Shown here: positions 10,458 to 19,785 of the stretch, piece after piece
How positions within the stretch are numbered: position 1 is the stretch's first letter
Layout: every line of letters begins with the position of its first letter
NCBI GenBank assembly: GCA_035465595.1
Contig: DATIVW010000152.1
Location: 1 to 44,925 of the forward strand
DNA from: Rhizomicrobium sp.
GTDB lineage: Bacteria > Pseudomonadota > Alphaproteobacteria > Micropepsales > Micropepsaceae
Length of the DNA: 44,925 nt
Direction: 5' to 3'
Notes under the pieces: generated by a model
Database searches by the model: none
Told to the model about the DNA's origin: nothing
What the model saw: only the letters and a program-made list of their open reading frames with translations
Position numbers and translations under genes: made by a program

Positions 10458-11735
10458 ATGGCTAAAATCGTTGTTTTGGGCGCCGGTCTTGGCGGCGCCC
10501 TCGCCGCTTATGAAATCGCCCCCATCATGGGGCCGAGCGATCAATTGACCGTTGTGGGCCAAGGACAGCGCTACCACTTCGTTCCATCAAATCCCTGGGT
10601 CGCAGCGGGATGGCGGGATCGCGACGAGATCGAGGTCGGCCTTGGTCCGATAATGGAAAAAAAGCGAATCCAATATCTGACGCAAGGCTGCAAGCGCGCC
10701 CATCCGGCAGAGAACAGATTGGAGCTGAATGACGGCAGCTCCCTTACATACGACTATCTCGTGATCGCAACGGGTCCTGACCTTGCCTTCGACGAGATCG
10801 AGGGCCTGGGTCCACAGCACTTCACCCAATCGATCTGCCATGTCGACCACGCCGAAAAGGCGCACGCGGCGCTCGAGGCGTTCGCGAAGAACCCGGGACC
10901 GATTGTAGTAGGCGCCGTGCAGGGCGCATCCTGTTTCGGACCGGCCTACGAATTCGCATTCATTCTCGATACCGAACTTCGGAAACGAAAAATCCGCGAC
11001 AAGGTACCCATGACCTTCGTCACGTCCGAGCCCTACATTGGGCATCTCGGCCTCGACGGCGTTGGCGATACCAAGGGACTGCTCGAGAGCGAGCTCCGTC
11101 AACGGCATATCAAGTGGATTACCAGCGCCAAGGTGCAGCGCATCGCGGCAGGCAAGATGACCGTCGACGAAATCGGAGAGGACGGTGCCGTCAAGAAGTC
11201 GGTGGAATTGCCTTTCGGTTATTCCATGATGCTTCCGGCCTTCCGCGGCGTGGAAGCCGTGCGCGGCATTGATGGTCTCACCAACCCGCGCGGCTTCATC
11301 ATCATCGACAAGAAGCAGCGCAACCCAAGATACCCGAATGTCTTCGCTATCGGTGTGTGCGTAGCCATCCCACCTACAGGACCGACGCCGGTCCCCGTAG
11401 GCGTGCCCAAGACAGGTTTCATGATCGAGTCCATGGTCACGGCAACAGCAAAGAACATCGCCGCACTGCTTCGCGGCAAGGATGCCGATGCCGAAGCGAC
11501 GTGGAACGCCGTCTGCCTGGCCGACTTCGGCGACGGCGGCGTAGCCTTCGTGGCGGAGCCGCAGATCCCGCCGCGCAACGTGAACTGGGCGGCTCATGGC
11601 AAATGGGTTCATTTCGCCAAGATCGCCTTCGAGAAATATTTCCTCCACAAGATCCGGCGCGGCGAAAGTGAACCGTTCTACGAACGCTTGTTTATGGAGA
11701 CCTTGGGCATCCGTCGCCTGACGGAGAAACGGTAG
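10458..11735 (+). CDS. sqr: Sulfide:quinone oxidoreductase (type I-like)
   Basis: GAGLGG FAD motif; Cys motifs SICHVDHA, SCFGPAYE, AVCLADFG; PKTGFMIESM. Confidence 0.93.
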   Translation: MAKIVVLGAGLGGALAAYEIAPIMGPSDQLTVVGQGQRYHFVPSNPWVAAGWRDRDEIEVGLGPIMEKKRIQYLTQGCKRAHPAENRLELNDGSSLTYDYLVIATGPDLAFDEIEGLGPQHFTQSICHVDHAEKAHAALEAFAKNPGPIVVGAVQGASCFGPAYEFAFILDTELRKRKIRDKVPMTFVTSEPYIGHLGLDGVGDTKGLLESELRQRHIKWITSAKVQRIAAGKMTVDEIGEDGAVKKSVELPFGYSMMLPAFRGVEAVRGIDGLTNPRGFIIIDKKQRNPRYPNVFAIGVCVAIPPTGPTPVPVGVPKTGFMIESMVTATAKNIAALLRGKDADAEATWNAVCLADFGDGGVAFVAEPQIPPRNVNWAAHGKWVHFAKIAFEKYFLHKIRRGESEPFYERLFMETLGIRRLTEKR

Positions 11736-11748
11736 CAGGAGAGCAACA

Positions 11749-11952
11749 ATGAACGTCGACAAAGCCGTTATGGCATTCGCCGGACTCGTCGTTTTGACGG
11801 GCCTTGTCTTGGCGCAGCTCTATTCTCCGTGGTGGCTGCTGCTAAGCGCTTTCGCCGGTCTGAACATGTTTCAGGCCGCGTTCACCGGGGTTTGCCCCGC
11901 CGCAGTCGTCTTTCGCAAATTGGGACTGAAACAAGGCAATGCTTTCCGCTAG
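11749..11952 (+). CDS. DUF2892/YgaP-like small membrane protein
   Basis: Two TM segments, FTGVCP motif, AGGAG RBS, follows sqr. Confidence 0.85.
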   Translation: MNVDKAVMAFAGLVVLTGLVLAQLYSPWWLLLSAFAGLNMFQAAFTGVCPAAVVFRKLGLKQGNAFR

Positions 11953-12186
11953 ACGAGCGCAGGCAGCGATTGGCAGAGAGCCTGGACTATCACGCCTGTT
12001 TTGATCGCTTCGAACTACGGCGAACGGTGATGGACGGGTGATGGTGGGTGCGAACCGTTGCCTTGCCACGTCCCTCCATACGATGACCGACGCGGATATC
12101 TGAGGCTTGCGGGCTGAGGACACGAACCGCTGCCGCGAGATACCGCACTTCGGGCGAATTCCGGGCGTCGCTTCTCGTTTGGCCGA

Positions 12187-13281
12187 CTAGCTTTCGACCG
12201 GTGCGTCACCAAATTCCTTGGCCATGAATCCGGCAAAGAGATTGGCGAGCGGAAGATTATCAACCGAATTCGGCAGATCGTTCGGATGCACGAACTCGTC
12301 CGCGAACCAGGGATAGAGCTTGGGTGAAAATGCCTCGCGCAGCCATTCGATTAGGCGGCGCACCCGCGCGATGCGGTTGCCGTGCGGGTGATAGGCGAGC
12401 CAGATGTCGAACTGCCAGCGCATGATTTTGCTTGGATCGTCGTCCCGGCGGATATCGATGGGAACAACGGGCGCGCCCATGGCATTGGCGTAGGTCGGCA
12501 GCGCGCCGATTCCCGCACCCTTCGCGGTTGCCCAGTAATGGGCGCTGCTGACATTGCTGCGGAAGGTCACCAGCGTCTCCATCGAATGATTGGGAAAGAC
12601 GCTGTCCCATTGCGATTCCATCTGAGCCTGCGGTGACACCTGCAGCACGATGCGATGCTGGGCATATTCGCTTTGGGTCGAAGGCTTGCCGTAGAGATCG
12701 ACATAGGATTGTGCCGCGAACGGCATCGAGTGCAGCCGCCCGAGCCGGACGACTTTCAGATCCTGATTTGTGGGCGGCGCCAGCTGGACGCCGACATCGG
12801 CTTCGGAGCGCAAGATGTCCGCCGGCGACATCGCGCATTGCATCTCCACCCGAAGCTTCGGAAATGCCCGCTGAAACTCGATCAGCCGCGGAGCCACCCA
12901 GAAGGTGCCAAGCCCTTCAGTGATGGCGAGTTTGACCGCGCCTTCCATCGCCGGGGCATTGCGTTCGCGGGCCCGGACGACGTCGAAATAGGCCTGCTCC
13001 ATCTTGAGCGCCGCCTCGAAGATCCGCTGGCCTTCTTCGGTGGGATGCACGCCGTAGACATCGCGGGTGGCGAGCGTCACGCCGCAATGCTGCTCGAATT
13101 CGGCAAAGCGGTGGCGCAGGGCATTGAGCGATAGCTTGAGCGGCTCGCAGGCCGCCCGGAAGCTGCCGCGCCGCACGATTTCCAGGAAAATCCGCGTCCC
13201 GTCCCAGTCGGTTACCGGACGGGTCCCGGCGGATTTGGGTGGTGCATCCACCGGAACACCTCTTTCGCGTTTTGGCTGCAC
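12187..13281 (-). CDS. LysR family transcriptional regulator
   Basis: DWDGTRIFLEIVRRGSFRAA HTH region, PTEEG hinge, GAVKLAITEGLG substrate-binding domain. Confidence 0.9.
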   Translation of the reverse strand: MQPKRERGVPVDAPPKSAGTRPVTDWDGTRIFLEIVRRGSFRAACEPLKLSLNALRHRFAEFEQHCGVTLATRDVYGVHPTEEGQRIFEAALKMEQAYFDVVRARERNAPAMEGAVKLAITEGLGTFWVAPRLIEFQRAFPKLRVEMQCAMSPADILRSEADVGVQLAPPTNQDLKVVRLGRLHSMPFAAQSYVDLYGKPSTQSEYAQHRIVLQVSPQAQMESQWDSVFPNHSMETLVTFRSNVSSAHYWATAKGAGIGALPTYANAMGAPVVPIDIRRDDDPSKIMRWQFDIWLAYHPHGNRIARVRRLIEWLREAFSPKLYPWFADEFVHPNDLPNSVDNLPLANLFAGFMAKEFGDAPVES

Positions 13282-13317
13282 GTAGCTCCCGGGCTTTGAC
13301 GCTAGCCTCTGGAAGTA

Positions 13318-13330
13318 TTGATCGAATCAA
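13318..13330. promoter_or_regulatory. T-N11-A inverted repeat, putative LysR site
   Basis: TTGAT-CGA-ATCAA in the short divergent LysR/GNAT spacer. Confidence 0.55.
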
Positions 13331-13347
13331 GGCGCGGGGCCAGAGCG

Positions 13348-14574
13348 ATGACATTTCAGTCCCGGGATGAGGCGTTTGCAACCGCGCCGCGCAGGCCGCG
13401 CCGGCACGACATCCTGGCGCTTGATCTGGAACGGCTCAGCCGGCGATTTGTCATCTTCACCCCCAGCGGCAAGACCATCGCCGAGGTGGCGGCCATGGGC
13501 GCCCGCCACATCGGGGCTGTCGCGGCTCCCGACATCGTCGAGCGCATCGTCACCCACAATCCGGATAATCTGTGGGCAATTGCGCGCCGCAGCCGGTTCG
13601 ATGCCGCCCATCCGGTGGCCGAGGGCTTCTATGCTTTCCTGATGCTCAACGCCGAGGGTCTGAAACGCCTCAGCGAAGGGACCTTCGACGGTGCCCATCC
13701 GAATCCGGCGCTACTGTCGGCGCAGAACGAGCGCCCTGCCGGCATCTATGCCTGGGCGGTGTGTGCGCCCGGAGGCGCGGCCGCCGCGCTGCCGCTGGTG
13801 ATGCAGAAACTGGCGACGCCGCTCTACAAAAACATCGACATGTACGCCAATTCGGCCACCGAAGAGGGAGCCCGGTTCTTCGAGGCGATCGGCCTTCGCC
13901 GCGGCGCCATCATCAAAGGTCAGTGTCATCCCGGGATGTTCTGGCTCGACCGTTCCGGCACCGAAGGCCAGCCGCTTTACGATTCCTATTGCGAGAGCAC
14001 GGCATCGCAGCGGATCGGGGTCAGTGTGGTGCGCAGCATCGAAGAACTCATGCGCGTCTTCACGGTCAGAAGCGCCGTATACGTCGCCGAACAGAACTGC
14101 CCTTACGCCGAAGAGTTCGACGGCAATGATTTTTGCGCGACCCACCTTCTGGGCTATGTCGGCAACGAGCCGGCCGGCTGCATGCGTATCCGCTGCTTCG
14201 CCGACTTCGCGAAGGTCGAGCGCGTCGCCGTCCGCGCCGAGTTTCGCCACAGCCGCCTGGTCCATCGGCTGATCCGCGCGGCCATTGCGCTGTGCCGTAC
14301 CAAGGGCTATCGCCGGCTCTATGGCCAGCCACGCACGGATCTGCTGCGCTTTTACCGGCATTTCGGGTTCACGACTTTTCCCGGCAGCCGCATCCTGTGG
14401 TTTTCCGGCGTCGAATACACCGAAGTGATGCTCGAGCTGGAGCGCAAGGATGGCGCCCTCAGCATCGGCGCCGATCCCTATGTCCTCATTCGGCCGGAAG
14501 GCCGCTGGCACCGGCCCGGTGTTCTTGAGCATTCCGCCGAACGCCACCCGCCGCGGCAGGGCGCACCGGCATGA
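13348..14574 (+). CDS. Two-domain GNAT-fold acyltransferase
   Basis: C-terminal ElaA-like domain (RSAVYVAEQNCPYAEEFDGND, AKVERVAVRAEFR, FYRHFGF); N-terminal domain ends in ATEEGARFFEAIG. Confidence 0.8.
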   Translation: MTFQSRDEAFATAPRRPRRHDILALDLERLSRRFVIFTPSGKTIAEVAAMGARHIGAVAAPDIVERIVTHNPDNLWAIARRSRFDAAHPVAEGFYAFLMLNAEGLKRLSEGTFDGAHPNPALLSAQNERPAGIYAWAVCAPGGAAAALPLVMQKLATPLYKNIDMYANSATEEGARFFEAIGLRRGAIIKGQCHPGMFWLDRSGTEGQPLYDSYCESTASQRIGVSVVRSIEELMRVFTVRSAVYVAEQNCPYAEEFDGNDFCATHLLGYVGNEPAGCMRIRCFADFAKVERVAVRAEFRHSRLVHRLIRAAIALCRTKGYRRLYGQPRTDLLRFYRHFGFTTFPGSRILWFSGVEYTEVMLELERKDGALSIGADPYVLIRPEGRWHRPGVLEHSAERHPPRQGAPA

Positions 14575-15098
14575 GCTTTCAATTTACACGAAAGGCGTTT
14601 GAGGAGTCGCGCACGCTGTACACGCTGGTTTTGATCAGCATGGGCAAGCGGATGGAGGCCGCGCGCGCGCGGTCGGTTGGTGCGATCGCTCAGTGCCGCT
14701 TGGCACTCTCCCATGCACGGCACGTTGGCCTGCCGATTTGCTTTGTGCATGACGCGCTTGGGACCCGGGGCGGGCGGATCGAAGGACTGATGCCGACGCG
14801 AAATGACCGGCTGTTCGTCCGCCGCGGCTTGTCTTGCTTCGACAGCTCCTATTTTGCGGAGGCCGCGTCCGGGATCCTGGTGCTTGCCGGGTTCATGACG
14901 TCCAATGCCATCCGCGCCACCGCGCACGATGCCCAGGATCACGCGCGCCCGCTCATCTTCCTGGAAGACGCGATCGTGCAACCATCCGGATCTTCAAGCT
15001 TGGCGCAACAGATGTTCGGACCGGTGCGCGCGGGGATCCGCAGTTGCACGACGCGGGGCTGGATCGAAGCGACCGGGCAGCAGGGAAAGGCTTGCTGA
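14571..15098 (+). CDS. Isochorismatase/cysteine-hydrolase fold protein with catalytic residues substituted
   Basis: TLVLISM, ARHVGLPICFV, FVRRGLSCF, LVLAGFMTSNAI, LIFLEDA follow the fold pattern; ATGA overlap with the GNAT gene. Confidence 0.7.
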   Translation: MSFQFTRKAFEESRTLYTLVLISMGKRMEAARARSVGAIAQCRLALSHARHVGLPICFVHDALGTRGGRIEGLMPTRNDRLFVRRGLSCFDSSYFAEAASGILVLAGFMTSNAIRATAHDAQDHARPLIFLEDAIVQPSGSSSLAQQMFGPVRAGIRSCTTRGWIEATGQQGKAC

Positions 15099-15117
15099 AG
15101 ATGGCGCGGGGTTGGTC

Positions 15118-15330
15118 ATGAACATCCGCACCGTCGCTGCACTTCTGGCTGCCGATCAGGAGCTCGAGGATATCGTTCGCCAGCTCAAGCGCCGCAATGA
15201 TTGGCGCATGGCGAGCCGCGTCGGAAATGCGCGGGGCTCGCTGGCCAGATTGCTGGCGCTGGAACAGCAAGGTTTGCGCGATGCATTTGCCGAATATCTG
15301 CAGTCTGCAGACAACAATAGCGGTGTTTGA
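15118..15330 (+). CDS. Small helical hypothetical protein (70 aa)
   Basis: ATG 19 nt after the upstream stop; amphipathic helical pattern. Confidence 0.6.
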   Translation: MNIRTVAALLAADQELEDIVRQLKRRNDWRMASRVGNARGSLARLLALEQQGLRDAFAEYLQSADNNSGV

Positions 15331-15574
15331 AACCAGTCCCGCGGGCGGGAACATCGCCTTGGGAAAACTGCTGTTGCGCGGGGACCTGGAATGCCGCCGG
15401 CATCGGGACTTGGGCGGACCCCGGCAGCGACGAACCTCGGCGAATGGATATTGGCGGGCCTGGTTGAAACCATGATGCATCCTAAGGCATTGAGATAGCT
15501 ATGATATTTTGAAAGCGGCCGAGCAGCTGCAAACTTTTCTGCCAACCACGTCTGGTCGGGTAATTGGCACGACT

Positions 15575-15588
15575 TTGATCATTGTCAT
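15575..15588 (+). promoter_or_regulatory. FNR-like box upstream of the macA-like gene
   Basis: TTGAT-CATT-GTCAT; -10 TATGAT at 15612-15617 at class II spacing. Confidence 0.5.
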
Positions 15589-15658
15589 CATTCTCATGCC
15601 TATTGGGCCCCTATGATTTTAGATGTGGGTTTTTACGAAGCACTGGGTTCCGCTCGCC

Positions 15659-16930
15659 ATGGATGCCAATAGGCCCGGCACTTCACACCCGGATGGCCGA
15701 TTGCCGGGCCACGCCGCTGGCTGGCTGCGCCGTCTCATCGACACGACCCGCGCTCACCCCGTGATGTCACTTGCCATCCTATTTGCGCTCATTCTTGCCG
15801 CTGTGGTGGCGTGGTGGGTCCGCGGATCTGGCGCGGCCGCCGGATATGTCACGGCGCCGCTGGCGCGGGGCAACGTTACACAAGCGATAACGGCGACCGG
15901 TTCGGTCAACCCCGTACTTACGATCACCGTCGGCAGCTACGTCTCCGGCGTGATCCAGGAGATCGACTGCGATTTCAACACCAGGGTAAAGAAGGGCCAG
16001 TTGTGCGCGAAAATCGATGCGCGCCCTTATCAAACGATAGTCGAGCAGAACAGGGCCAGTGTCGCAACCGCCAGGGCGCAACTTCTGAAAGATCGGGCCG
16101 ATCTCGCATACGCCCAGATCAACGAAAGACGCTACGCGAGTTTGAGTGCCCAGAATGCGACATCGCGCGACAGCTACGATGCCGCGGTCAACGCCCTCAA
16201 CCAGGCGCGTGCGCAGGTCGCGGTGGATCAGGCGACGATCGAACAACGCCAGGCGGCGTTGGACGCAGCAATCGTCAATCTCGGATATACCAACATCGTT
16301 GCGCCCGTGGACGGGATCGTAGTGTCCCGCAACGTGACCATGGGGCAGACGGTCGCCTCGAGCTTTCAGACGCCGACGCTATTCCTCATCGCCACCGATC
16401 TCTCGAAGATGCAAGTCGATACCAGTGTCAGCGAGAGTGATGTCGGTGCCGTGGATGTCGGCAACAAAGCGCGTTTTACCGTCGAGGCATATCCTGACAG
16501 GACTTTCGAAGGCATAGTGGGTCAGGTCCGGCAGGCGCCGCAGACAGTGCAGAACGTCATTACCTACGACGTCGTCATCACGGCGGCGAACCCGCAAATG
16601 CTGCTGAGGCCCGGAATGACGGCAACCGTTCGCATCATCACGGCGCAGCGCCGGAATGTCCTGCGCGTCTCCGACACCGCGCTTCGCTACGTTCCCGGAG
16701 GTCTTTCACCTGCGGGTTCTCGGGAGAAACCGACTCCGGGCGTGTGGGTACTGCGCGAAGGTCGGCCAGTGCGCGTGACCATCGCGCCCGGCTTGGATGA
16801 CGGCACCTATACAGAAATCCTCAAGAGCGACCTCAGGGAGGGTGACAGGGTCATCGTCTCCGAGAGCACGGACACCGCCCGCACAAGCCGCAGGTCCACG
16901 AATGGCGGGCCGGCATTGCGCCTGCCGTGA
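15659..16930 (+). CDS. MacA-like periplasmic adaptor; start uncertain
   Basis: N-terminal TM anchor, VGSYVSG, APVDGIVVSRNV, GQTVASSFQTPTLF, LRPGMTA. Confidence 0.92.
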   Translation: MDANRPGTSHPDGRLPGHAAGWLRRLIDTTRAHPVMSLAILFALILAAVVAWWVRGSGAAAGYVTAPLARGNVTQAITATGSVNPVLTITVGSYVSGVIQEIDCDFNTRVKKGQLCAKIDARPYQTIVEQNRASVATARAQLLKDRADLAYAQINERRYASLSAQNATSRDSYDAAVNALNQARAQVAVDQATIEQRQAALDAAIVNLGYTNIVAPVDGIVVSRNVTMGQTVASSFQTPTLFLIATDLSKMQVDTSVSESDVGAVDVGNKARFTVEAYPDRTFEGIVGQVRQAPQTVQNVITYDVVITAANPQMLLRPGMTATVRIITAQRRNVLRVSDTALRYVPGGLSPAGSREKPTPGVWVLREGRPVRVTIAPGLDDGTYTEILKSDLREGDRVIVSESTDTARTSRRSTNGGPALRLP

Positions 16931-19044
16931 GCACAACTGCTCGCACATCCGAACAGGTGATCAGGACCCGCGGCATCGTTCGCACGTTCCATGCGGGAGA
17001 TGTCGACGTGTTCGCCTTGCGCGGGATCGACCTCACAATCGAGCGCGGCGAGTTCGTGGCCATCATGGGCTCATCGGGCTCGGGCAAATCCACGCTCATG
17101 GCGATCCTCGGCTGCCTGGACCGGCCAACCGGCGGTCAATACTTTCTCGAGGGCGTCGACGTCGCGGGCTTGTCGGAGACCGCACTCGCCGCCGTCCGCA
17201 GCGAGAAGCTCGGTTTCGTATTCCAGAGCTTCAACCTCCTGGCTCGAACCAGCGCGATCGAGAATGTCGAACTGCCGCTGATCTATGCGACTTCGCCCCT
17301 CTCAGGTGGAGAACGGTCGGCCCGCGCACGTGAATCTCTGGAGCTGCTTGGCCTGAGTGATCGTGAACGCAACACACCCGGTCAACTCTCGGGCGGTCAG
17401 CAACAACGCGTCGCGATCGCACGGGCGCTGATCAATTCACCGTCGATCCTGCTGGCCGACGAGCCGACCGGCAACCTCGATACCCGCACCTCGCATGATA
17501 TCATGAACACCCTCACGGCACTCAACCGGGAGCGCGGACTCACCATCGTGCTTGTTACGCACGAGGCGGATATTGCCGCCTATGCGGGCCGGATCGTCAC
17601 CATGAGCGACGGCAAGATCCAATCGGACAGACGCAATGAGCGGCCCGCGGCCGTGCCGGCTCCAGCGATCGATGCCGGCGGCAAGGAAGGCCCGGCGAAG
17701 CCCGCGCGTGAAGACGGCGCCGTCAAACTGGCAGGTTCTACCGCATTCGGCCTGATGATCGTCACCGCAGCCTTGCAGGCGATCTTCCGCAACAAGATGC
17801 GGTCCGCCCTGACCATGCTTGGCGTCTTCATCGGCGTCGCCGCGTTGATCGCCATGATCGACGTGGGACAGGGCGCCAACGACGCCGTCAAAAAGCAGAT
17901 TGAACGGCTCGGCACCAATTTGATCGTGGTGCTTCCAGGCGCCTCCACCTCGGGTGGCGCACGCGGCGGATATGGAAGCGCTTCAACGCTGAAAGTCCCC
18001 GACGCATTGGCCATCCAGCGCGACGACAAATCCGTCGCTCAAGTGAGCTATCTGATCCGCCAGTCCGGGCAAATTCTCTACGGAAACCAGAACTGGACGA
18101 CCAGTATTCAGGGCGTGACACCGAACTATCCGCCCACGACCAACTGGCAGATCGCCTATGGCCGCGGCATTTCCAATGCAGACGAAGCCGACGCGGCACT
18201 AGTGGTCCTGATCGGCCAGACTGTCTGGCACCAGCTCTTCGGCGAATACACCAATCCGATCGGCGCCATGCTGACCGTGAAGAACACGCCGATGCGCGTC
18301 ATCGGCGTACTGGGCTCAAAAGGACAGTCGGGATTCGGCACCGATCAGGACGATCTCATCATGATCCCCTTCACCACGGCGGAGCGCAAGGTTCTCGGGG
18401 CCGCAGCGCCAAGCCAGCAAAGCCAGGCCAATACACTCTACGGCACGATCAGCAATCCCTATGGCATCCAGCCGCGCCTGACCGGATACGTCAATCAGAT
18501 CTATGTGCAGGCGGCGGGCCCTGATCTCGTCCAGCAGGCGGTCGACGAAGTCACGCACACTCTGGCGCTGCGGCATCGAATTCGTGCGGGCGACAAGAAC
18601 GACTTCTCCGTGCGCAACCTCAGCCAGATCGCAACCGCTGCCGAAAGCAGCAGTCAGACGATGTCTTACCTATTGGCGGCGGTCGCCTCCATTTCGCTGC
18701 TGGTCGGCGGCATCGGCATCATGAACATTCTGCTCGTTTCTGTCACGGAACGTACCCGCGAAATCGGCTTGCGCATGGCGATCGGCGCAAGGCGCATCCA
18801 TGTGTTGCTGCAATTCCTGACCGAGGCCGTGCTGCTCAGCGTCGTGGGCGGCATGGCCGGAATTATCGGCGGGCTCATTGCTTCCGAAGTGATTTCCCTC
18901 GTCGCCGGCTGGCCGACGCCGATCGTGTGGTCCGCCATCGCGGGCGGTTTCCTGTTCTCGGCGCTGGTTGGCATGTTCTTCGGCTATTATCCCGCGCGCA
19001 AAGCTGCACGGCTCGATCCCATAGAAGCGCTGCGTTACGAATAG
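16927..19044 (+). CDS. MacB-like ABC transporter (ATPase-permease fusion)
   Basis: [23 protein letters not shown]; [21 protein letters not shown]; DPIEALRYE. Confidence 0.95.
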   Translation: MSTTARTSEQVIRTRGIVRTFHAGDVDVFALRGIDLTIERGEFVAIMGSSGSGKSTLMAILGCLDRPTGGQYFLEGVDVAGLSETALAAVRSEKLGFVFQSFNLLARTSAIENVELPLIYATSPLSGGERSARARESLELLGLSDRERNTPGQLSGGQQQRVAIARALINSPSILLADEPTGNLDTRTSHDIMNTLTALNRERGLTIVLVTHEADIAAYAGRIVTMSDGKIQSDRRNERPAAVPAPAIDAGGKEGPAKPAREDGAVKLAGSTAFGLMIVTAALQAIFRNKMRSALTMLGVFIGVAALIAMIDVGQGANDAVKKQIERLGTNLIVVLPGASTSGGARGGYGSASTLKVPDALAIQRDDKSVAQVSYLIRQSGQILYGNQNWTTSIQGVTPNYPPTTNWQIAYGRGISNADEADAALVVLIGQTVWHQLFGEYTNPIGAMLTVKNTPMRVIGVLGSKGQSGFGTDQDDLIMIPFTTAERKVLGAAAPSQQSQANTLYGTISNPYGIQPRLTGYVNQIYVQAAGPDLVQQAVDEVTHTLALRHRIRAGDKNDFSVRNLSQIATAAESSSQTMSYLLAAVASISLLVGGIGIMNILLVSVTERTREIGLRMAIGARRIHVLLQFLTEAVLLSVVGGMAGIIGGLIASEVISLVAGWPTPIVWSAIAGGFLFSALVGMFFGYYPARKAARLDPIEALRYE

Positions 19045-19092
19045 TCGCCGCGAGCGGCCATTCTGTCGATTATTGAACATTGAGAATTGGGA

Positions 19093-19335
19093 TTATCGGA
19101 TTAACCCGACGATATTCCAGATCACCCAGGCGGTGAGCACAGCGATCAGCGTGACATTCGCAATGAGGATCGCCCAGTACTTGACCGGCTGTCTGGATCT
19201 CAAAATTCTCTCGACCACCCGTCTGTCACCGCTAGCCGAAGAAATCTCACCCGATCGCCACCTGCGCAGGTTGATCCATACCAGAAAAGGGATGAGCGCA
19301 ATCAGAGCGACTGTCCAGATCACGGTTTCGCTCAC
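19093..19335 (-). CDS. Small two-TM hypothetical protein
   Basis: GTG at 19335 with GGAGG upstream; two hydrophobic segments. Confidence 0.5.
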   Translation of the reverse strand: MSETVIWTVALIALIPFLVWINLRRWRSGEISSASGDRRVVERILRSRQPVKYWAILIANVTLIAVLTAWVIWNIVGLIR

Positions 19336-19461
19336 CTCGGTGATCCTCCGTATTCCTAAACGATCTCCATTAGCCGGCCGAGAGGCCCGCCATGGGGTCG
19401 CTTGTAGCTCAGCCCTGCGGCGATCCAGCCGGCCCAAATGTCAGGTATAGAATCGTTAAAC

Positions 19462-19489
19462 TTGCACTATTAATATTATAATGTACTAT
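19462..19489 (+). promoter_or_regulatory. Putative sigma70 promoter in an AT-rich operator region for the XRE-ehr operon
   Basis: TTGCAC-N16-TACTAT with an almost pure A/T spacer. Confidence 0.45.
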
Positions 19490-19516
19490 ATAACACGAAG
19501 ATATGATGCACCAAAC

Positions 19517-19774
19517 ATGATAACCGCATCGCAATTGCGTGCCGCCCGAGCGCTTGCCGGTGTCGATCAGCGCCAGCTCGCGGACATGTCTGGTCTGTCC
19601 GTGCCGACCATCAAACGCATGGAAGCGAGCAACGGTCTTGTCCGCGGCAATGTGGATTCACTGAACAAGATCATCATTGCTTTGAACGCTGCGGGCGTGG
19701 AATTGATCGATGAAGGTGTCGCCAGTCCGGCCGGCGGACGCGGCGTACGCTTGAAGCCCGCCGGCACAGCATAG
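19517..19774 (+). CDS. XRE family HTH regulator
   Basis: MITASQLRAARAL...QRQLADMSGLSVPTIKRME...GRGVRL. Confidence 0.9.
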   Translation: MITASQLRAARALAGVDQRQLADMSGLSVPTIKRMEASNGLVRGNVDSLNKIIIALNAAGVELIDEGVASPAGGRGVRLKPAGTA

Positions 19775-19785
19775 GAACCATTGCG

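Noticed and set aside
11953-12186. Gene or structured RNA between DUF2892 and LysR
   Set aside because: Only short motif-less ORFs and no convincing stem; probably a module junction
15565-15580. Sigma54 promoter at TGGCACG (also at 39811)
   Set aside because: No TTGC/-12 GC element at the required spacing
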